From assembly GCA_030637655.1 (NCBI GenBank), contig DAOWGI010000003.1:1-24311 (forward strand): a stretch of 24,311 nt of DNA, given 5' to 3'. The position numbers and the translations under genes are program-made. Numbering within the stretch: position 1 is the stretch's first letter; each line of letters starts with the position of its first letter. Shown here piece by piece: positions 17,478 through 24,311 of this stretch. Source of the stretch: a candidate division FCPU426 bacterium (GTDB lineage Bacteria > Oederibacteriota > JAAXVQ01 > JAUVAV01). Below the pieces are notes generated by a model that worked only from the letters and a program-made list of their open reading frames with translations, made no database searches and was not told the DNA's origin.

Positions 17478-19245
17478 AATAGGCCTCCATAATTTGCCGG
17501 GCCAAAGGAGCTGCTATTGAACCGCCACCCCCGGCATTTTCCAAATACACCAATACCGCGATTTCCGGAGCATGGGCCGGAGCATAGGCGCCGAATGCCG
17601 CGTGATCTTCACCATGAGGATTTTGCGACGTTGCGGTTTTGCCGGCAACCTTAATCCCCTGTACGCGTGCCCGCTTGCCGGTTCCATGTTTGTTGGATAC
17701 CACACCTAATAAACTTTTTTGGAGCAATTTCCAATGCTTAGCTGAGGCATTGACTTTATACATTATTTCCGGCTTAACTTCATGGATCAATTTACCGCTC
17801 ATGCTCCGCACTTCTTTGAGCAAATGCGGACGATAAATCTCACCCCGATTGGCTACGGCTACAATCGTATTCAGTATTTGCATGGGTGTGGCCAGTATAT
17901 ACCCTTGGCCAATGGACATCATGACCGTATTGCCGGGAAACCACGGCATATTTTGGGTGCGCTCTTTCCACTGGGCACTGGGAACCAGACCGGAAAGTTC
18001 ATTGGGCAAATCAATACCGCTGGGATGTCCGTACCCAAAGGAGCGAGCCCACTTGCCCAACTTGTCTACTTTGATACGCAGACCCAACTGATAATAATAC
18101 ACATCACATGATTGTACTAAGGATTTGACTGCATCCACATGCTTGTGTCCATCTTCCCGCCAACAACGATATGGCCAGGTGGATATCCAAAAAATTCCTT
18201 TGCAGTAAAAGCGCTTGTAGGGGGTGACGAGTTTTTCTTCCAAAGCGGCCATCAAGGTCACAATCTTAAAAAGAGATCCCGGCGGATACAAACCTTGGGT
18301 TGCCCGGTTGGTCAAAGGATAATTGGTATTGAGGCGCAGTTTCTCCCAGGCTTTGCGGGAAATCCCCCAGGCAAAACTATTTGGATCGTACGCAGGCGCG
18401 GACGCCAGAGCCAAAATTTCACCATTGCGAAGATCTTCAACAATAATGACACCTTTATGATCACCCAAAATTTCTTCAGCCCGAGCTTGCAGCTTCCGGT
18501 CCAGACTCAGAATTAAATTGTGTCCGATCCAGGGCGCTTCCCTGCCCAGAATACCCATCTGCCGGCCCAGCGCGTCCACTTCAATATGCAGCCAACCATT
18601 ACGCCCTTTTAAATAATGATCATACACCTTCTCAACACCGGACTGACCGATAATACCCCCGGCCTGATACCCTTCCCGCAACGCGAGTTGGTGTTCGGAA
18701 ATTTCACCCACATAGCCTAGGACATGAAACCCCAAGCTGTTGAATTTGTAGTGGCGGCGAGATTCAGTCAGCACCACCACCCCCGGCAACTCCGGCCGAT
18801 TCTCCTCAATCAGGGCGACAATGCTACGATCCAAATTGCTCTTTAGCCTGATGGGTTCATAGTAACGCAATTTGCGTTTTTTGATTTTTTCTTTAATCTC
18901 TTCAACCGGGATGCCCAACAGATCCTGCAGCAAGACAAAGACCTTTTCCTGATCTGCCTCCTGCTTGGGCAGCGCGGCCGGAATCACTGAGATCACAAAG
19001 GAAGATACGTTTCCGACCAACAACTCTTGCGCGCGATCATAGATCAGTCCACGTTGTGCCTTAATAGGAACCAGGCGCACACGATTACGCGCTGACAAAC
19101 CCAAGTAACGCTTGCCCTGAAACAATTGGAGATAGGCCAACTGCAGGATAATGCAACCCAAAAGAGACACTACCAGTATACCCAGCAATTTTATCCGCTT
19201 TTGAAATTGTTCTTCCTTGCGAACGATGAAATGATCCCAGAGCAT
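17431..19245 (-). CDS. mrdA: Penicillin-binding protein 2
   Basis: N-terminal TM, RGLIYDR, YPPGSLFK (SxxK), SCD (SxN/D), KTA (KTG variant); mre cluster context. Confidence 0.95.
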   Translation of the reverse strand: MLWDHFIVRKEEQFQKRIKLLGILVVSLLGCIILQLAYLQLFQGKRYLGLSARNRVRLVPIKAQRGLIYDRAQELLVGNVSSFVISVIPAALPKQEADQEKVFVLLQDLLGIPVEEIKEKIKKRKLRYYEPIRLKSNLDRSIVALIEENRPELPGVVVLTESRRHYKFNSLGFHVLGYVGEISEHQLALREGYQAGGIIGQSGVEKVYDHYLKGRNGWLHIEVDALGRQMGILGREAPWIGHNLILSLDRKLQARAEEILGDHKGVIIVEDLRNGEILALASAPAYDPNSFAWGISRKAWEKLRLNTNYPLTNRATQGLYPPGSLFKIVTLMAALEEKLVTPYKRFYCKGIFWISTWPYRCWREDGHKHVDAVKSLVQSCDVYYYQLGLRIKVDKLGKWARSFGYGHPSGIDLPNELSGLVPSAQWKERTQNMPWFPGNTVMMSIGQGYILATPMQILNTIVAVANRGEIYRPHLLKEVRSMSGKLIHEVKPEIMYKVNASAKHWKLLQKSLLGVVSNKHGTGKRARVQGIKVAGKTATSQNPHGEDHAAFGAYAPAHAPEIAVLVYLENAGGGGSIAAPLARQIMEAYFGIPSSEKVEAKPRQ

Positions 19246-19252
19246 GGCCGGC

Positions 19253-19801
19253 CTAACCCCTGCGTCCCGGCTTGTACAAGTGGGAACGCCTTCCCTGATT
19301 TTTAATCAAATTCCGGTGCAGCTCATTATTGCGAATAAACCGTCCAAGTCCAGCAAATACCACAGGCCCAACCACCACGTGATACAGACTCATGCCCAAG
19401 GCTTGCGTGATCCAGCGGCCAAATTCAAAATGGGTGTGGAGCAGGATATTTAACCAAAAAAAGGCAAGAAATTGATGCAAAAACGTGAACAACAGAATAA
19501 TTAAAATCTGCGAGACAAAATTCTCCTGGAAAAATTTCTGACGCAAATACAGAGCCAAATAGGCCAAACCCAATAAAAGCATTGCGTTGAGCCCCAGGAT
19601 ACCGCCACCGGCAACATCCTGCAACAAACCCAGAAAAAATGCGGTCCATATGCCTATCAAGGTTTGGCGTTGCAAGGACAAATAAATAACCAATAAAAAT
19701 ATTAAATCCGGGGCAATCCCGGCAATAGCTATTTGCGGAACCAAGGTAGTCTGTAAAATCACGGCCATCATCGCAAATACTGGAATAAAAATACGATCCA
19801 T
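19253..19801 (-). CDS. mreD: Rod shape-determining protein MreD
   Basis: Hydrophobic; PDL, GLLQD, LGLNA; between mreC and mrdA. Confidence 0.9.
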   Translation of the reverse strand: MDRIFIPVFAMMAVILQTTLVPQIAIAGIAPDLIFLLVIYLSLQRQTLIGIWTAFFLGLLQDVAGGGILGLNAMLLLGLAYLALYLRQKFFQENFVSQILIILLFTFLHQFLAFFWLNILLHTHFEFGRWITQALGMSLYHVVVGPVVFAGLGRFIRNNELHRNLIKNQGRRSHLYKPGRRG

Positions 19802-19804
19802 ACC

Positions 19805-20623
19805 TTACTCTTCTTTCAGCAGTATCAAAAAACGATCCGAGGTTTTCAAATCCACCCGCGGTTGGATTTGAATATCCAGCATCAATCCATTTTCTGAGGG
19901 TTTCACTTGCACTACATCGCCGATAGGAATCCCAGCCGGGAATAGTGTGCTGAGTTTCGAGGTCAGGACCGCGTCTCCCACTTTGACATCATCCCCACTT
20001 GACACATACATCATTTTTAACACACCCTGTCCTATCCCTTTTACTGTACCATTAACTTTAGCCCTGGCGGTAATGCCTGCAACCGAGCTTTGCGTGTCCG
20101 GCAAAAACATTACTGTCGAGGAATAGAGATTCACTTCCCGGATCCGGCCAACCACGCCCTGGGGAGTAATTACACCTGTGCCCCTCACCACCTCATCCGA
20201 AGAACCCCGGTCCAACACTCCGCGTTCCAACCAACTGACAGGATCCCGGGCAATCAATTCGGCCGGTAAAAATTCATAAGGAGTACGGTGTTGATAGTTC
20301 AATTCCTCACGCAGTTGTTGGTTTTCACGCGCTTGCTCCATCAGGAGTGTGTTGCGCAAAGTCAATTTTTCCACACGGCGTTTCAACTCGACATTTTCAA
20401 TACGGAGTTTTTTTGCTGAGATGGTACGGGCAAACATTTTTCGACTGCCCTTGACTGCGTTCATGGAGATTTTCTGAAAAGGCACCACGATAAAAGAAAT
20501 ACCCTGACGCAAGGTTTGGGTAATAAAACCAGGCTCTCGTTGTGAGACCAGCATCCCCACAGAAATAATAATCAATATCGAAAAGATTATTTCTCTCCGC
20601 CATTTCCATAAAAATTCAGGCAC
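19805..20623 (-). CDS. mreC: Rod shape-determining protein MreC
   Basis: TM + coiled coil (ENxxL repeats), DRGSSD, GVVGRI, VKVGDAVLTS, FPAGIPIG; AGGAGG RBS with GTG start. Confidence 0.95.
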   Translation of the reverse strand: MPEFLWKWRREIIFSILIIISVGMLVSQREPGFITQTLRQGISFIVVPFQKISMNAVKGSRKMFARTISAKKLRIENVELKRRVEKLTLRNTLLMEQARENQQLREELNYQHRTPYEFLPAELIARDPVSWLERGVLDRGSSDEVVRGTGVITPQGVVGRIREVNLYSSTVMFLPDTQSSVAGITARAKVNGTVKGIGQGVLKMMYVSSGDDVKVGDAVLTSKLSTLFPAGIPIGDVVQVKPSENGLMLDIQIQPRVDLKTSDRFLILLKEE

Positions 20624-20634
20624 ACCGGCCTCCT

Positions 20635-20843
20635 AGGAGTTTGAGCAATTAGCCGATTTTTTTTATGTTGTCATCCCCGAATGCTCTTATCGGGGATATG
20701 GTTTAAAAAACCAGATTCCTGCCGAATGCGTCCCTATATATCTTTTCCGGTCGGGGCCGATTAAACCCTCGGGAATGACAACCTTTGTTTAACTGCACTT
20801 GACTGACCTGTTACCAAAAAACCGACTAAATGCTCAAGCTCCT
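20635..20843. mobile_element. Nested repeat element: 28-bp outer inverted repeats enclosing MITE copy 3
   Basis: 20635-20662 vs reverse complement of 20816-20843 is 24/28 identical. The inner GTTGTCATCCCCGA...GGGAATGACAAC palindrome and end 20780-20814 match 105-139 and 3014-3048. Confidence 0.75.
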
Positions 20844-20867
20844 GGAAGTGAGCCCGTCGGCATTCGA

Positions 20868-22273
<1,406 letters not shown>

Positions 22274-22301
22274 GTCAGAAGCCTCCTAAAAATTTGCGCC
22301 A

Positions 22302-22330
22302 ATTATACCAATGCTTCACTCAAGGAGCAA
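22302..22330 (-). promoter_or_regulatory. Sigma70-type promoter for the mre operon
   Basis: TTGCTC-17 nt-TATAAT with TGn extension. Confidence 0.6.
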
Positions 22331-22344
22331 TAGGTTTTTTGTGG

Positions 22345-22372
22345 TTGCAACCAAAACCCTATTTGTTATAAT
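22345..22372 (+). promoter_or_regulatory. Sigma70-type promoter for the foldase gene
   Basis: TTGCAA-16 nt-TATAAT with TGn extension. Confidence 0.6.
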
Positions 22373-22395
22373 GTGCCTTCCCTAAAGATATGTTT

Positions 22396-22423
22396 GTAGG
22401 GGCGGCCGGCAGGTCGCCCCTAC
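22396..22423. repeat. GTAG-family REP palindrome in 5' UTR
   Basis: GTAGGGGCGGCC-GGCA-GGTCGCCCCTAC. Confidence 0.75.
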
Positions 22424-22448
22424 TATCAAACTGTGAGGTTTTATTATT

Positions 22449-23978
22449 ATGATGAATTCAATACGTAAGTATACCAAAACTATTTTATGGATTGTGGTGA
22501 TAGCTTTTGTAGGCACAATATTCTTTGTCTGGGGAATGGATGCCGGCCGGCGAAAATCCTCCTTGGAACAAATTTCCGCTGCGGTGGTCAATGGCCAGGC
22601 TATTTCTTATTCTGATTTCGCCCAACTTTGGGAGCAACGCTATCGCCAGATCGCAGAAAATTCAGATCGCGAACTCCCTCAACAAGAAATCCAGGACCTG
22701 CGTTTGAAACTCATGGACGCCTTGATCGATGCCACGCTTATCCAGCAAAAATTTGACGAACTCAAGCTTAAAGTGACTGCCCAGGAAGTAGCCGCCCGTA
22801 TCAGCACCATGCCGGCTTTTTCGGAAAACGGAAAATTTTCCCATGAAAAATATCTGACCATGCTACGGTACAACCGGGTCTCTTCACAAGCCTTCGAAGC
22901 CGAGCAAGCCAGTGCCATTAAAATGGCTAAAATGAGCCAACTCCTGCAAGAGAGCCTGGTGGTCACTGCTGCTGATGTGAAACAGTATTTTCAATCGCGT
23001 GCCCGCAAATTGAAATTGCAGTATGCTGCTTTTCATTGGAAGAAGTTTATGCTTAAAGCTAAAATCGCAGAAGCTGAGATTACTGCCTATTTCAACGGTC
23101 ATCGCTCAGAATTTGACAAACCCGAAGAGGTTAAGGCCTCACATATCCTGATCCGGGTGGACAGCGCCGCCGGCGAAGAAGACAAACTCACAGCCAAATT
23201 GAAACTGGACAATATTCGTGCGGATATTGCCAAAGGCGAGAATTTTGCTGAAATGGCCAAAAAGCACTCGGATGATCCGGGCAGCAAGATCAAGGGCGGT
23301 GATTTGGGATTCTTTGGCCGCGGTATGATGGTCAAGCCCTTTGAGGATGCTGCTTTTAGTCTGAAAACAAATGAACTTTCCGAAATTGTCGAATCACCCT
23401 TTGGCTTTCATTTAATCAAAGTGACCGGACGCCAGGCAGCCAAAAAAGCCGCTTTGGCAGACGTAAAAAAAGATATTCAAAAGCAATTGCAAAAAAAGAA
23501 AGCCTACCAACTATCGCAGGAAGCAGCCTTACAATTCAGGCAGAGTCTTAAGAAAACCAAGAGTCTGCTGGAAAGCGCAAAAGCAACCGGCAACAGGCTG
23601 GTAACCACTTCGTGGGTGAAAGAAGACGATTCATTGCCTGGTTTGGAAAGTTCGGAGCGCATTTTGGATCGTGCTTTTGATTTGCCGCTCAACCAGCCCA
23701 GCGATTCCATTCTTGAGGAAGACGATGTTTATTTTGTTGAAGTGACTGCTGAGCAAGACCAGCCCTTTAATGAAGATCTTTATACTCTGGAGCGCGATGC
23801 CCTGCTTGAAAAATTAATAAAAATACGCGGCGATCAACTCACCCGCGATTGGATCAAGCAAGCTCGCGCACAAGCCAAAATAGTGAACAACATCAAAAAC
23901 GAAAGCACTAGTGCAGACGACAATACAATTTCGGACAACCAAACATCGAACACACCGGATGCCGCTTCCCGGAAATAG
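22449..23978 (+). CDS. PpiD-like membrane-anchored peptidylprolyl isomerase (SurA N-terminal + parvulin domain)
   Basis: N-terminal TM, AAVVNGQAI, VKASHILI, FAEMAKKHSDDPGS..KGGDLGFF.RG.MVKPFEDAAF, SPFGFHLIKV. Confidence 0.9.
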   Translation: MMNSIRKYTKTILWIVVIAFVGTIFFVWGMDAGRRKSSLEQISAAVVNGQAISYSDFAQLWEQRYRQIAENSDRELPQQEIQDLRLKLMDALIDATLIQQKFDELKLKVTAQEVAARISTMPAFSENGKFSHEKYLTMLRYNRVSSQAFEAEQASAIKMAKMSQLLQESLVVTAADVKQYFQSRARKLKLQYAAFHWKKFMLKAKIAEAEITAYFNGHRSEFDKPEEVKASHILIRVDSAAGEEDKLTAKLKLDNIRADIAKGENFAEMAKKHSDDPGSKIKGGDLGFFGRGMMVKPFEDAAFSLKTNELSEIVESPFGFHLIKVTGRQAAKKAALADVKKDIQKQLQKKKAYQLSQEAALQFRQSLKKTKSLLESAKATGNRLVTTSWVKEDDSLPGLESSERILDRAFDLPLNQPSDSILEEDDVYFVEVTAEQDQPFNEDLYTLERDALLEKLIKIRGDQLTRDWIKQARAQAKIVNNIKNESTSADDNTISDNQTSNTPDAASRK

Positions 23979-24011
23979 CGTGGGAGCCGGCACACCGTTG
24001 ACTAGACCTGC

Positions 24012-24311
24012 CTATTTATCGCCCGCCACAATTTGCATGCGGGCACCAATAAAATCAGAACCTTGTTGAAAGAATATATTCACTGGTTGGTGTATTGCTT
24101 TTTTAAAAAACACTATGCCTGTAACATTGGCTCCCGGCGCTACTTCAGTAGGCCATAAATAGTTTTTAGAGTGTGCTCCGATTTCCTCAATCAGCATCTC
24201 AGCTCGAACAATATCTTTCGCGCTTGAACTTTTTTTACCCAGCAATAAATTTTTCAATCCCGTGCGCCAGGTTATTGGCCGTCCTTGACGCATGTATTCT
24301 TTTAAACGGGC
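24012..24311 (-). CDS. C-terminal part of a hypothetical protein running in from beyond the window edge
   Basis: Open frame to the edge; EVAPGANVTGIVFF resembles an Ig-like lipoprotein strand. Confidence 0.55.
   Translation of the reverse strand, partial: ARLKEYMRQGRPITWRTGLKNLLLGKKSSSAKDIVRAEMLIEEIGAHSKNYLWPTEVAPGANVTGIVFFKKAIHQPVNIFFQQGSDFIGARMQIVAGDK

Overview
Bacterial genomic window, almost all genes on the minus strand. The right ~14 kb is conserved housekeeping: small membrane protein-mreB-mreC-mreD-mrdA-rodA-radical SAM (TIGR03960/TIGR03936-type fusion)-RNase E/G-cysE-flavoprotein, a divergent PpiD-like foldase, and several GTAG-type REP palindromes. The middle (4.9-10 kb) is an AT-rich block with a membrane glycosyltransferase-TPR protein and a large secreted beta-propeller protein split by a 1-nt frameshift. 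The first 3.2 kb is the most interesting. It holds an AT-rich cassette with an anti-phage-type (AvcD/Dcd-like) dCTP deaminase. The leader between its predicted promoter and start codon is almost entirely a 351-nt, ORF-less, internally deleted group II intron, with a GUGCG start and recognisable domains V and VI. That is the position the AvcI RNA antitoxin occupies in AvcID. Downstream are an unannotated 58-aa ORF and a transposase stub. The cassette is bounded by 96-bp direct repeats and inverted MITE-like ends, and a separate ~93-nt hairpin sRNA candidate with its own promoter lies just outside. All calls come from reading the sequence by eye; no searches were run.
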